64,000 bases of DNA from Candidatus Bathyarchaeota archaeon (GCA_963828195.1 CAWHDT010000005.1:256001-320000), one strand, 5' to 3'; positions 39,084-48,743 are shown, counted from the stretch's first letter. Made by a program: numbers and translations. The notes: generated by a model not told the origin, from the letters alone.

Positions 39084-39374
39084 ATGGATCCTATGAAGGT
39101 CGCCTCTAACGTTTACAAGTTTCTTGATGAAAACGATCGGGTTAGGGTTCTCGAAGTCATTTTTAAGCCTGGGGATTCTGCGAAAATGCATCATCATCCC
39201 GAACACGTAGTTTATGTGCTGAAGGGAGGTCTTCTAAAGCTTACTTCTGAAGGGAAAACTCAGGAATTAGACTTAAAGCAGGGATCAGTTATTTTCCTCA
39301 AGGAGCAAAACCACGAAGCAACTAACTCTGGCAAATCAGACATTGACCTTCTAGTCATGGAGCTGAAGAAGTAG
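39084..39374 (+). CDS. Cupin domain protein
   Basis: ENDRVRV, PG, MHHHP and HEATN motifs. Confidence 0.8.
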   Translation: MDPMKVASNVYKFLDENDRVRVLEVIFKPGDSAKMHHHPEHVVYVLKGGLLKLTSEGKTQELDLKQGSVIFLKEQNHEATNSGKSDIDLLVMELKK

Positions 39375-39439
39375 TTTGTAAATAAGAGGGCAATCTTTTT
39401 TTCCCAAGGGTGCTCGACATTTTCCTGAAGACTTTTCTT

Positions 39440-40090
39440 TTATGATCCGCTCAATATGCCCGCAAGTAAGCGGCGCTCTGCTTTTCTTCGGTGTTCTATC
39501 AAGGTGGAGCTGCGCAAATCGAGTTTTTCTGCAAGCTCTTTAGAATCGATTCTTCTTGGCATATCGTAGTACCCGTGCTCAAAAGCTGAAACCAAAACAG
39601 TCCGCTGCTTAGCCGTCAAATAATCCAGCGGGGAATGCGGTGAAAACTTTGCGTCCGTAAGCGAAACCACTTTAAAAAGAACTCCGAGTTTTTCAATAAA
39701 ATTAAGGAACGCTTTCAATTGCCTCGTTTCTCCGAGAACGCAGACCTTAACCTTTCCGTCTCTGATCTCGCATGGACCTGAAAGGTAGATTCCCATGCTC
39801 AAAAAATCTTGAGAACCAGAGGGTAATTTCTCTTTGGTAAAACAAATGTAGGTTCCTTTCTTTTCTTCTTCTAAGATAACTACTTTGAGCTTGTTGCCAA
39901 CGAACACGTCCTCTATCCGTGCGGATGGATTTGTTAATTCAATTCTGCATACGGCATCAAAATGCTCTAAGTCGAACCTGAGAACATGCAGTAGCTCGAA
40001 GAGTTTTATTTTTTCAATTGACATGTCTGCCGATTCGCCATCAATCTTGCTGAATTCCTCGATGGAACCTTCCAATATGAGTCTGCGCAT
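39440..40090 (-). CDS. HTH_10 (Bat-type) transcription regulator
   Basis: LT.KQ...A...GYYD.PR...ELA..L...ST..EH.RKAE motif. Confidence 0.9.
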   Translation of the reverse strand: MRRLILEGSIEEFSKIDGESADMSIEKIKLFELLHVLRFDLEHFDAVCRIELTNPSARIEDVFVGNKLKVVILEEEKKGTYICFTKEKLPSGSQDFLSMGIYLSGPCEIRDGKVKVCVLGETRQLKAFLNFIEKLGVLFKVVSLTDAKFSPHSPLDYLTAKQRTVLVSAFEHGYYDMPRRIDSKELAEKLDLRSSTLIEHRRKAERRLLAGILSGS

Positions 40091-40268
40091 TGAAGAGAAC
40101 GTGCCCGTTCGTCAATAATAACTTTGTCAAAAGAGCCTAGCTTAAGCGGTAGAACCCTAATCTGACACTGTATACAACATTTAATCAAATAATTCCTGGA
40201 GTCAAGAACATGAATCTTCTCTTATTTCAAACGAACAATTCTGTACGGTTAAACTCTTGCGTGGGGTG

Positions 40269-40316
40269 CGAAAGGCTTTTATACAAAGTTAGGCTAACCT
40301 AATTAGGCTGACCTAA
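40269..40316 (+). promoter_or_regulatory. BRE/TATA followed by tandem DtxR-like palindromic operators
   Basis: CGAAAGGC-TTTTATA, then TTAGGCTAACCTAA (40289-40302) and TTAGGCTGACCTAA (40303-40316) ending just before the ATG. Confidence 0.7.
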
Positions 40317-40317
40317 A

Positions 40318-41313
40318 ATGGAGTACATCATAACTGTAAAAGACCTCGTCGAAGTGTACGCCGACGGAACAAAGGCAGTCGACGGTATTTCTTTCAACGT
40401 CAAAGAAGGCGAGTTCTTCGGATTTCTAGGCCCCAACGGCGCAGGAAAGAGCACCACAATCAAAGTCCTCACCACGCTCCTCAGAAAGACTTCAGGATAC
40501 GTCCACGTGGCCGGCTATGATTTAGATAAATCGCCCAAGGAAATCCGAAAAGTCATAGGGGCGTTAAGCCAAGAAACAAGTCTGGATGTGGATCTCACGG
40601 GGAGGGAGAACCTGCATCTTCAGGGTCGTTTACAGCAGCTTCATGGCTCCGTTCTCGAAGATCAGGTGGATGAGCTGTTGAAGCTAATGCAGCTTGAGGA
40701 TGTGGCGAAGAAACCTGCCGGTCGCTACTCGGGCGGGATGCGGAAGAGGTTGGATTTGGCTTGTGCTCTCATTCATAAGCCGAAGTTGTTATTCTTAGAT
40801 GAACCGACCACTGGACTTGACGCCCAGTCCCGCGCGGCTATCTGGGATTATCTGGAGAAACTGAATAAAGAGGAGGGCATAACGATTTTCTTGACTACGC
40901 AGTATTTGGAGGAAGCTGACCGGCTCTGTTAACAGCTCTCCATAATAGATCACGGTAAGCTCATCGCGGGTGGTTCTCCCTCGGAGCTTAAAGCGGATTT
41001 GGGCGGCGATATGATAATGCTGACGCTTAAAGACGGAACGGATGCAGCTTTGAGATCAAAAACAAAGGAGATTCTCAAAACGATCCCAGAAGTTACCAAT
41101 GTCATGGATTCGGATGGGGGTGTTGTTGCCTACGCAAAGAACGCTGGTGAGATAATCGCTGACGTTGTGACATCGCTTGACCGAAATAACATCCGCCCGT
41201 CATTTCTCAGCATTTCCTCTCCGACATTAGACGATGTCTTTCTGCGTCAGACGGGCAGGAGAATTAGGTCAGAGGAGCTTGGCAGGAAGGAAACCGAGCC
41301 CTTCCTGATGTGA
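40318..41313 (+). pseudogene. DrrA-like ABC exporter ATPase with in-frame TAA
   Basis: GPNGAGKST, YSGG and LDEPT motifs; reads EADRLC*QLSIIDHGK in frame across 40930-40932 into the C-terminal domain (PTLDDVFL). Confidence 0.85.
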
Positions 41314-41314
41314 G

Positions 41315-42088
41315 GTGATCGATGTGGCATTACTCTACGACGTTCAATCGCTTCTTGTGAGATATCTGACGAAGCTTGTTAGGAATCCTACCTTGCTAGC
41401 GACAAATATTGCAACGCCCTTGCTGATGCTCCTTCTCTTCTCGCAGTTGCTTACTAAGTTCAGCATCTTTCCGGGCGTCTCTGGGAACTACCTCGCCTAT
41501 CTGACGCCGGGGATCGTTATGTTAACTGCTATGATTAGTGCACCTCAGGGCGGGGTCTCGATTGCGAATGATTTGAATTCGGGGTTCCTCTCGAAGCTGA
41601 TGCTTACTCAGGTTAGTAGACCCGCAATTTTGCTGGGCAGATTATTAACGGATGCTTTTGTTGTTGTGGTTCAGTCATTAATTACAATTGTCGTTGCAAT
41701 TGCGTTGGGTGTGACTATCGTCACTGGGATTCCCGGAATTTTGCTTATCTTGGTAACCGCCGCATTCTTTGAGCTAGCCCTGTCAGGGATTTTCCTTGTG
41801 GTCGGGATGAAAAGTAGGAAAACCGAGACTATCTCCGCGATTTCGGGTGTGCTGTTCTTTCCTCTCATCTTTGTAAGCAGCGCCGTTTTTCCCACTTCCT
41901 TCTTCCCTGCCTGGGCGCAGACTGTCTCTAAGTATAACCCAGTGAGTTATGCTTCGGATGTGACGCGTGCGTTGGTTCAGGGCGGCTTAACTTGGAGCAC
42001 ATTATTGTCCGCATATGCAGCGATCGGGATAATCGCCCTTGTGACCTTCGCGGCGACATTATATCAGTTCAGAAAAGTCGTTAGCTGA
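41315..42088 (+). CDS. ABC-2 type transporter permease
   Basis: Six TM segments; YL.PGI and NP.SY motifs. Confidence 0.9.
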   Translation: MIDVALLYDVQSLLVRYLTKLVRNPTLLATNIATPLLMLLLFSQLLTKFSIFPGVSGNYLAYLTPGIVMLTAMISAPQGGVSIANDLNSGFLSKLMLTQVSRPAILLGRLLTDAFVVVVQSLITIVVAIALGVTIVTGIPGILLILVTAAFFELALSGIFLVVGMKSRKTETISAISGVLFFPLIFVSSAVFPTSFFPAWAQTVSKYNPVSYASDVTRALVQGGLTWSTLLSAYAAIGIIALVTFAATLYQFRKVVS

Positions 42089-42130
42089 GAAAGAACAATT
42101 TCCATATCTCCACTTTTTTCTCAACGGATT

Positions 42131-42364
42131 CTAAACTGTGGTTTCCTTTTTGGCTTCAGTTTTCCGCACGATTAAATAGCCTTTCTCTATAAGCCAATGG
42201 TGAAACTGCCACGTCGTGTAGAGGCAGGCGCTGCCGCATTTTTGCTTGGTCTGCTCGTAAGCGACGGACGCTTCTGTTAGCTTGTTTAGCTCCGTCTGCA
42301 CGGGGCATTTTACGTCTTTGCAGAATTCTCTTCGCTGATACTCCACGTACCCTTCAAGAGTCAT
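42131..42364 (-). CDS. Small hypothetical protein with Cys/His motif
   Basis: FC...CP...C...C...WQFHHWL pattern. Confidence 0.65.
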   Translation of the reverse strand: MTLEGYVEYQRREFCKDVKCPVQTELNKLTEASVAYEQTKQKCGSACLYTTWQFHHWLIEKGYLIVRKTEAKKETTV

Positions 42365-42500
42365 CTTTCATCGGTGGCTTAGTCCCCATTTAGGCTTAAT
42401 AAGTCTTGTCCGAGAAGGGCTTCCGCTTTTTCCAAGTCCAATTAGCCTAACTGCAGACGTGTTGCATGCCCTTTTAAGTCTCGTTTTAAATTAACTGCAT

Positions 42501-43130
42501 ATGCCCAAACTTTATCTCTTAGGCGGAGAAAACGTCCTTAAAAGAAGTGCAAGAGAAGTAAACGAGAGCGCCTTCTTGGATGCAGGAGATTCCGCCTCCG
42601 TTTTGGTGTTTCCGTGGGCAAGAGCGTCATTCGACAAAAAATACCAGAAAAGAAAAACGCTGGTTGATTATTTTATCAGTCTTGGCGCCAGCGCCGTTAA
42701 CTTTGTTGAATATACTGACTCAAATGAAGCCATCGCGCAGAAAATGGCTGAGTCTAACTTGGTTTATTTGACGGGAGGCGGCGCCAGCATTCTGCTTGAA
42801 CGCCTCAAAAACGCGGGTGTTGACCGGTTGCTCGCCGAGTACGGCGGCGTAATTGTGGGAAGAAGTGCAGGAGCCTTGGCACTATGCCGAAGATGCATAG
42901 TCACCTGTCGCAGTAATTCAAAAATCAAAGTTATCGATGGACTTGGCCTTGCAGACCTGACGCTTAAAGCCCATTATAAATCTGAAAAAGACGCGGCTCT
43001 ACAGCGGCTGTCAATGCAAGGAAAAATTTATGCTTTGCCTTCAGGCTCCGCGCTTATTTACCGTAACGGTGCTTGCTCATTTATGGGCGAAGCCTATTTG
43101 TTTGAGGACGGCGTAAAACGACTGTTATAG
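42501..43130 (+). CDS. Peptidase S51 (dipeptidase E-like)
   Basis: YLTGG, GRSAGA, GLG and HY motifs. Confidence 0.8.
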   Translation: MPKLYLLGGENVLKRSAREVNESAFLDAGDSASVLVFPWARASFDKKYQKRKTLVDYFISLGASAVNFVEYTDSNEAIAQKMAESNLVYLTGGGASILLERLKNAGVDRLLAEYGGVIVGRSAGALALCRRCIVTCRSNSKIKVIDGLGLADLTLKAHYKSEKDAALQRLSMQGKIYALPSGSALIYRNGACSFMGEAYLFEDGVKRLL

Positions 43131-43424
43131 GCGCTCTCTTACTTTTTGTGTGAGCAGCCTGACAACTGCTTCCTTGTCTTTTTCTATAACCCGCCAGAGC
43201 CGCCTGTTGTCTGCTGACGCATCGTTTTTGTAGTTGTTTTTGATGCGCCATAAGCTCTTGTTTTCGATTTCCAGCTGCTCCATCAAGTTGTACGTATCAT
43301 TGTCAAGCATGCCTTTTCCCAAGGCGCTTAACGTAAAAACTTGGCTTTTAGATTTATTTTTGACGCCACTTTCAAGTTCTAAACTCATTTTTTCACGTTC
43401 TCTTTCCGCAATTTTACATCCCAT
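43125..43424 (-). CDS. Small helical hypothetical protein (ferritin-like hairpin); true start probably at MLDNDTYNL
   Basis: YNLMEQL..E.KSLWRI...Y..DA pattern. Confidence 0.55.
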   Translation of the reverse strand: MGCKIAEREREKMSLELESGVKNKSKSQVFTLSALGKGMLDNDTYNLMEQLEIENKSLWRIKNNYKNDASADNRRLWRVIEKDKEAVVRLLTQKVRERL

Positions 43425-43613
43425 TTTTCATGTCGTCTTCGCCGGATACCGCTGAGGTGCTTTCCTGCTTCTCCAGCCAAGCTACCCCTAACGCGACAAT
43501 AGCCTGTTTGAACTAAATAGATTACATAAACTATAGAGGCTAATCACTTAAGCTTATGTGACTGGCAAAGGCTGACAACAAACTATTTTAAATTAATTAA
43601 AAGCTGAGGAAAA

Positions 43614-43892
43614 TTATTCTTTTCTTTTAAGAAACGACACGACTACAGTTACCAAGATAAGGATCAGCAGGGCAGCGCCAAAGATGATGAGTGGAATTCT
43701 GAATGCTGGCAGGTCATGCAGAACATTGGTTGTGGGCAGCCCGCCTAAATAAGCCGTTAAAAAAATGCCTACGAAGACGGCACCGACTCCTTCAAGCGAG
43801 AACAAAAGAGTATTTAGTTTTTTGGTGACTAAAGTCAAAGGCAGGTCCTTCCTAACTTGGGTTATTGTTAAGTACAAATTTGTATTTAACAT
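43614..43892 (-). CDS. Small two-TM membrane protein; start uncertain
   Basis: Two hydrophobic helices in the C-terminal 70 aa. Confidence 0.55.
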   Translation of the reverse strand: MLNTNLYLTITQVRKDLPLTLVTKKLNTLLFSLEGVGAVFVGIFLTAYLGGLPTTNVLHDLPAFRIPLIIFGAALLILILVTVVVSFLKRKE

Positions 43893-44001
43893 TAATCTTT
43901 TTTGCCCTATTAAGAAATTTTGTTGCTCGCCTTGGCGAGACTGCGCTAAATCCGAAAATATAATATACTCAATCCAACGAGTTTCTTACCTGAGTTGCAG
44001 A

Positions 44002-44973
44002 ATGACTGAAGAAAAATTCTACACGCCGCTAAAAATCGGGTTATTCATAGTTGTCCTATCGTATTTCCTATTCACTCTGCACGCAACCTTCACGCTTTCC
44101 TGGGTCGGCGAGTGGAACCGTTTAGGCGGACCAGGACATTTCTTATCTACCATATATTATGAAGACATTTCCGCTTTCGCTACACTTCTTTTCAGGTTCG
44201 CAGCCAGCATCATAGCTATTGCCGCTGTTATCTTTTATTTTGCCAAGAAGAACATTTCCAAGCATGCAGTTCACAGGATACTGCAGGTTGTTCTAATTTT
44301 TGAAGCGATTTATTGGCTGGGTCTTGTTACAACGAGCTATTTTGAAGTTCAAGGTTTGTTTTTTAGCAGAAGCTTTAGTCATCTTCCATTAATGTCGATT
44401 CTGAATTCTTTGGGAACAAATGTTTTGCCTAGCTTGATCGAGTCCATAGCTATTCCCATTGTCTTGTTTATTTTGGCTTACAAGTTGAACCCAAACAAAC
44501 CCTTGAAAGAAGCAATACAGTGGGGAGCAATTTCTGGAACAATTATTATTTTTGTGTTTTGGCTAACAAACACAAGCCTCTGGATCGAAGCCGTAGACCA
44601 AAAGGGAACAACATACCTAACGGCCCATCCCCAAAACCTCCTCAGCTACATCATAACTGCCTTCGGATTGCTTGCGCTCGGCATCTACGCAGCAGCATTC
44701 ACAGTGAAATCTAGAAAAGCGCAAAGTCTGGGGGAACTTGACCTGAAGGTTGTTGGCGGCATCCTCTTGGCTCTGGGCATGTATTTTCTGTGGAACTATT
44801 TAACGTGGATTTTCTTCGGAGGCAACTACGTGTGGAGCTACTGGTACGCTTGGTTTCTGGGTCACAACATGGATCTATGGATGCTTTCTCTGCCGCTGCT
44901 TGCAATCCCGCTGCTTTTCTCCGATAGGCTCGGTGACAAAACTGATTCTGCGCCGCAGACGCCGAAATCATAA
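44002..44973 (+). CDS. Polytopic membrane protein
   Basis: About 8 TM segments; ATG 44002 downstream of a TATA-like sequence. Confidence 0.75.
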   Translation: MTEEKFYTPLKIGLFIVVLSYFLFTLHATFTLSWVGEWNRLGGPGHFLSTIYYEDISAFATLLFRFAASIIAIAAVIFYFAKKNISKHAVHRILQVVLIFEAIYWLGLVTTSYFEVQGLFFSRSFSHLPLMSILNSLGTNVLPSLIESIAIPIVLFILAYKLNPNKPLKEAIQWGAISGTIIIFVFWLTNTSLWIEAVDQKGTTYLTAHPQNLLSYIITAFGLLALGIYAAAFTVKSRKAQSLGELDLKVVGGILLALGMYFLWNYLTWIFFGGNYVWSYWYAWFLGHNMDLWMLSLPLLAIPLLFSDRLGDKTDSAPQTPKS

Positions 44974-45013
44974 ACCTTTAAAAGTGCAGAAACAACAAAC
45001 ATTTTGACTTCAA

Positions 45014-45685
45014 ATGCATAAACCAGCTTTGTTTGCTGTTGCCTTAACCGTGCTTGTCGCAGTATCTTTGATGTCTTCGGCAGCTTTTGCCAGTGTTCCC
45101 GTTGTAGTCAAGGATGGCGACTGGATAAAGTATCAAGTGGCGGAAACAGGCGATGTAGCTGCAGATTACCACATAACTTGGGCAAGTATGAACGTCACGA
45201 GTGTTCAAGGCGAAGCCATAAACGTAAGCGTTCTCACCGGGTACACAAACGGAACCATATATCCAGAACCCAACATCGATCTCAACCTGGCTACGGGCGC
45301 AATCGGTGATGGCTTCTTTGTCCCAACAAACATCAACGTGGGAGATCAATTCTACAGCGAATACGTTGGGAACATAACTATAACGAGTGTTTGGCAGCTG
45401 GAAATTGCAGGCGCACTTCGAACAGTGGTTTCAGCAACAGTCATCACAAACTCAACAAACCCAACCACCTATTACTGGGACAGGCAAACAGGCATTCTTG
45501 TAGGCGCAACCACTTTTTTTCCAGGGTTCACGCTTTTCACAAAAGCAAACGAAACCAACCTTTGGCAACCCCAAATTTTAGGTTTAAATCAAACCATCTT
45601 CTATACGCTCATAGGCGGAGCAATTGCGGTGGTGGCAGCCTTGTTGGGTTTAGCTGTGATTCTGCTTCGTCGCAGGAAAGGCTGA
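45014..45685 (+). CDS. Secreted, C-terminally anchored protein
   Basis: Signal peptide, GDWIKY, YYWDRQTGIL, then TM and RRRK. Confidence 0.8.
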   Translation: MHKPALFAVALTVLVAVSLMSSAAFASVPVVVKDGDWIKYQVAETGDVAADYHITWASMNVTSVQGEAINVSVLTGYTNGTIYPEPNIDLNLATGAIGDGFFVPTNINVGDQFYSEYVGNITITSVWQLEIAGALRTVVSATVITNSTNPTTYYWDRQTGILVGATTFFPGFTLFTKANETNLWQPQILGLNQTIFYTLIGGAIAVVAALLGLAVILLRRRKG

Positions 45686-45784
45686 TAAAAACCTAATTTT
45701 TTGAAGTATTATTGTTTCAGAATAGTTTTTGAGGTTATTTTTTGTATTTCGAGTCTTCTGCCTAACCAATTATCCGCTGTAACA

Positions 45785-46453
45785 TCATAACGTACCTAAA
45801 TAAATACTCCAGCACTTCAGCGAAGCAACGATTATCCTGAAGTTGGCTCTAACTTTGCCGCCGATCCGCGGGTTACCGCGTCTAGGCGGAGGCTCATACA
45901 GCACTTCGCCAATTTTAAAGCCGCACTTTTTAGCAACAACCAACAATTCGCCACCAAAAGTTTCTCCACCCCTTAAGCTAAAAAGGGGAACTGTCTCTTT
46001 TTTGTAAACCCTAAAATTTGAGAAAAAATCTGACACACCGAAAACTTTTCCAAGAGTCTTAGACGCTAGCCGCTCCGAAAACCTCGGAACAGCTGTCCGC
46101 GACGCCACCACTAAATCATACTCGCTTAATTCACTAACCAGCCTTGGTATGCAATCTGGGCTGTTTTCAAGGTCAGCATCTATAGTAACTATTGCAGGGT
46201 ACTTGGCTAGTTTCATCCCATACAGCAACCCTTTGGTTTGTCCTTCCCGAACTTTAGAAACAGCAACGTCCGCGACAAGCCTCGCCGCCTCAAAGGTTCC
46301 ATCTGTTGAGCTGTCGTCAACAACTATGACTTCATGCGGAATATCCTTCAGCGCGGACCTGACCCTGCGGATTAACTCTTCAATGTTTTCTCTTTCGTTC
46401 CATGTAGTGGTAACCACAGACACACCCCCGACCAATCCGCCCAGCGTACTCAT
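45785..46453 (-). CDS. Glycosyltransferase family 2 (DPM synthase-like)
   Basis: WNE.ENI, VVDDSSTDGT, IDADL and VASR motifs. Confidence 0.85.
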   Translation of the reverse strand: MSTLGGLVGGVSVVTTTWNERENIEELIRRVRSALKDIPHEVIVVDDSSTDGTFEAARLVADVAVSKVREGQTKGLLYGMKLAKYPAIVTIDADLENSPDCIPRLVSELSEYDLVVASRTAVPRFSERLASKTLGKVFGVSDFFSNFRVYKKETVPLFSLRGGETFGGELLVVAKKCGFKIGEVLYEPPPRRGNPRIGGKVRANFRIIVASLKCWSIYLGTL

Positions 46454-46549
46454 AAATAAGCCTAGCCAACCCACAACTAATAAGCCCATCCCCCTAAAAA
46501 GCAGCCTGGAAAACAACCCAAAGGCAGGCAGCTGAGCATGTTTTTTTGT

Positions 46550-46601
46550 TGATGCTGAGCGGTGGAACTTGAACCCACGAAGGCTTGCGCCAGATAATCT
46601 A
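46550..46601 (-). repeat. Degenerate tRNA-Leu 3'-half (att-like) repeat 3
   Basis: Minus strand TAGATTATCTGGCGCAAGCCTTCGTGGGTTCAAGTTCCACCGCTCAGCATCA. Confidence 0.65.
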
Positions 46602-46619
46602 TTTTTTTCTTTTGGCTAA

Positions 46620-46961
46620 ATCTTTTTTTTGGCGTTAGGTCCACTGCATCGACGATCATTTCCCTGACGAGCGACCGTTTGCTAACTTTCTGAAATTCCT
46701 CGGGAGTATACATTAGCAAATCCAACTCTTCAACAAATGACCAATCATCCAGAAGCATCTTCCCACGCTCAAGAGTGTTCATGCCCCTGAAGCTTTTTGA
46801 AACAACTATCAAATCGACATCACTGCTTTTTTGTCTTTTTCGCTTCGCTGTTGACCCAAAAAGAAGAACCTTTTCAAGCTTTATTTTCGAATCCACATTC
46901 TTAGGAACTCCTCGATTTTATCCATCAGAGGTTTGTCATCGTCAAGCACGCTTTTTGTCAT
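46620..46961 (-). pseudogene. Minimal nucleotidyltransferase (MNT antitoxin), frameshifted near the N-terminus
   Basis: LFGS...SDVDLIVVS and D.L.YTPEEF motifs; N-terminal MTKSVLDDDKPLMDKIEEFLR is in another frame; the ORF runs on through repeat 3. Confidence 0.7.
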
Positions 46962-47022
46962 TCGACTCTGCATGCAGGAAGGTGTCGTGACTATTTTGAT
47001 TTTTCTATCTTGAAAACACTAT

Positions 47023-47080
47023 TGGTGTCAGAGGTGCGAGCTTGAACCTACGAAGGTCTGAGCCTGAGATACTTAATCCT
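47023..47080 (-). repeat. Degenerate tRNA-Leu 3'-half (att-like) repeat 2
   Basis: Minus strand GGATTAAGTATCTCAGGCTCAGACCTTCGTAGGTTCAAGCTCGCACCTCTGACACCA. Confidence 0.65.
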
Positions 47081-47141
47081 CCTCCAAATTAAATCCGTTC
47101 CAAAGTGGTGTTTTTCAAAACACTGACTTCCATAATGAGGG

Positions 47142-47549
47142 TTAGCTGTTCAGTACACTAAGCATTTCATCAATAGTTAGGATTTTTATCCCTTTGAATT
47201 CTTTTAATGCAAGCAGGTGCCTGTCGCCTGAAACGATGTAGTCAGCTTTTCCATCATATGCTGTTCTAACAATAACGTCGTCATCAGGGTCTTCTTTGAC
47301 AGCTTTGAATCTGGATTTTATTTCTATTATTCTTTCAGCATTCCCTAAGGTGTTAAGAAAGATTGTTACATACTGTTCATTTGTGTACTTTGCTACTTTG
47401 GGATCTTCTATTACATCAAGAAACTCTTCGAGTATAACTTTGGATAAAACTAGCTGTTTATGCTTTATCAATTTATTGAAGAGGTCGCGCGGTTTTCCGG
47501 CTTTAATCATCGCTGAAACCAAAACATTGGTGTCAAGAACAACCTTCAT
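47142..47549 (-). CDS. PIN-domain toxin
   Basis: VVLDTNVLVSA, DPDDD and ADYIVSGD.HLL motifs. Confidence 0.92.
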   Translation of the reverse strand: MKVVLDTNVLVSAMIKAGKPRDLFNKLIKHKQLVLSKVILEEFLDVIEDPKVAKYTNEQYVTIFLNTLGNAERIIEIKSRFKAVKEDPDDDVIVRTAYDGKADYIVSGDRHLLALKEFKGIKILTIDEMLSVLNS

Positions 47550-47559
47550 TCTTTAATTG

Positions 47560-47850
47560 TCACTTTGAGCGTTTTTTTATTTGCCTGTGCTCATGGATTA
47601 TCTGGTTTATCTCGTCGTTTGAGAGTTCGCCATATTTTGCGATTCTTTCATCAACTCGTTTGTACATGGCTTCTATTTCTTTCGTCAGGTCAGGTTCTTC
47701 AAATTTTTTCAGAATTACTGAGTCGTTGCATTCGTAAACGAGAAATTTTGTTTTCGGTTTGAGGCCCATTCTGGACCTTATTTTTGCAGGTATGACGACT
47801 TGTCCTTTTTCGCTGAGAATCGTGAGTTCGGCTTTTTCGTTTTGAGCCAT
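47560..47850 (-). CDS. AbrB/MazE/SpoVT-family antitoxin
   Basis: SEKGQVVIPAKIR..MGL motif; directly upstream of the PIN gene. Confidence 0.9.
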   Translation of the reverse strand: MAQNEKAELTILSEKGQVVIPAKIRSRMGLKPKTKFLVYECNDSVILKKFEEPDLTKEIEAMYKRVDERIAKYGELSNDEINQIIHEHRQIKKRSK

Positions 47851-47999
47851 CTGTAGCCCCCGAATAATATCTTACTTTCTTACATAAAAAGGTACTTCCA
47901 CCACAAACCATCAGCACGCTACCCATCAACGATGCCCACAAGATTCCAATTTATGCAAAGAATTGATCGTTTAACCAAAAAAAAAGACCACATATCTAA

Positions 48000-48049
48000 T
48001 GGTGCCCGAAGGGGGACTTGAACCCACAGATGCCTGCGACTAAGTCTTA
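48000..48049 (-). repeat. Degenerate tRNA-Leu 3'-half (att-like) repeat 1
   Basis: Minus strand TAAGACTTAGTCGCAGGCATCTGTGGGTTCAAGTCCCCCTTCGGGCACCA; no matching 5' half seen. Confidence 0.7.
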
Positions 48050-48509
48050 TCAACACAGGTCCATCGGGAGTTCAATTTTTTGTAGTGGAGCTTTTTTTCT
48101 GTTCTTTCTCGGTGTTGGATTAAGCCTCAAACTACTGGTACCCCTACCAGTTACTGGTGGTAGCGCCAGTTAACTGTCTTCAAAACCAAGACACGGTTGC
48201 TTAAGGCGCATTTACAGCCATCGGAACCGCAACTTTGTCTCGCCGCCAGCCCCGCCGGCCATAGATAAGGGAAGGATACAATTTGCACTCGGCTCAGATA
48301 CGCCCGCAAAAACACGGCGTCAGACGCTGCAGACCGCTTATTTTTCCAATTTCGCCACAACCGTCCTCAAGCCGCGCCTATGTCTGCCAATCAACCCAAA
48401 GCCCAAAACACCAAAATAAAAAGTCAACTAAAAATCGCCGATCCCAAAGCGCAACCAAAAAATTCACGCGCCCATATCCGACAATAACTTCAACATGGAG
48501 TCAACAATG

Positions 48510-48638
48510 AAAGTCGCAACCCGCCCATCCCAAAGTCGCAAACCACAAACGCCCTCACACCCCAAACCAAAAAAACAACCCAAAACACAAAGACCCAAGG
48601 CGGAAAGTCGCAACTTACGCCAGCGCAAAAGTCGCAAC
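48510..48638 (+). repeat. Four direct repeats of AAAGTCGCAA
   Basis: Copies start at 48510, 48532, 48604 and 48628. Confidence 0.85.
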
Positions 48639-48743
48639 TTTAATTTTTTTATGCACAAACAACAACGGAATCTTAAAATAATTGGAAGAACTGATGTGTT
48701 AACGAATTCATAAATTAGGGTAAGATTAATTGAGGATGAAAAA

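Noticed and set aside
40930-40932. Pyrrolysine or selenocysteine read-through
   Set aside because: The codon is TAA, not TAG or TGA.
48000-48130. Possible intact, intron-containing or split tRNA-Leu gene
   Set aside because: No matching 5' acceptor strand or D arm was found and the T stem is mismatched, so it is treated as a fragment.
48510-48638. CRISPR array
   Set aside because: The repeats are only 10-11 bp with irregular spacing, and there are no cas genes in the window.
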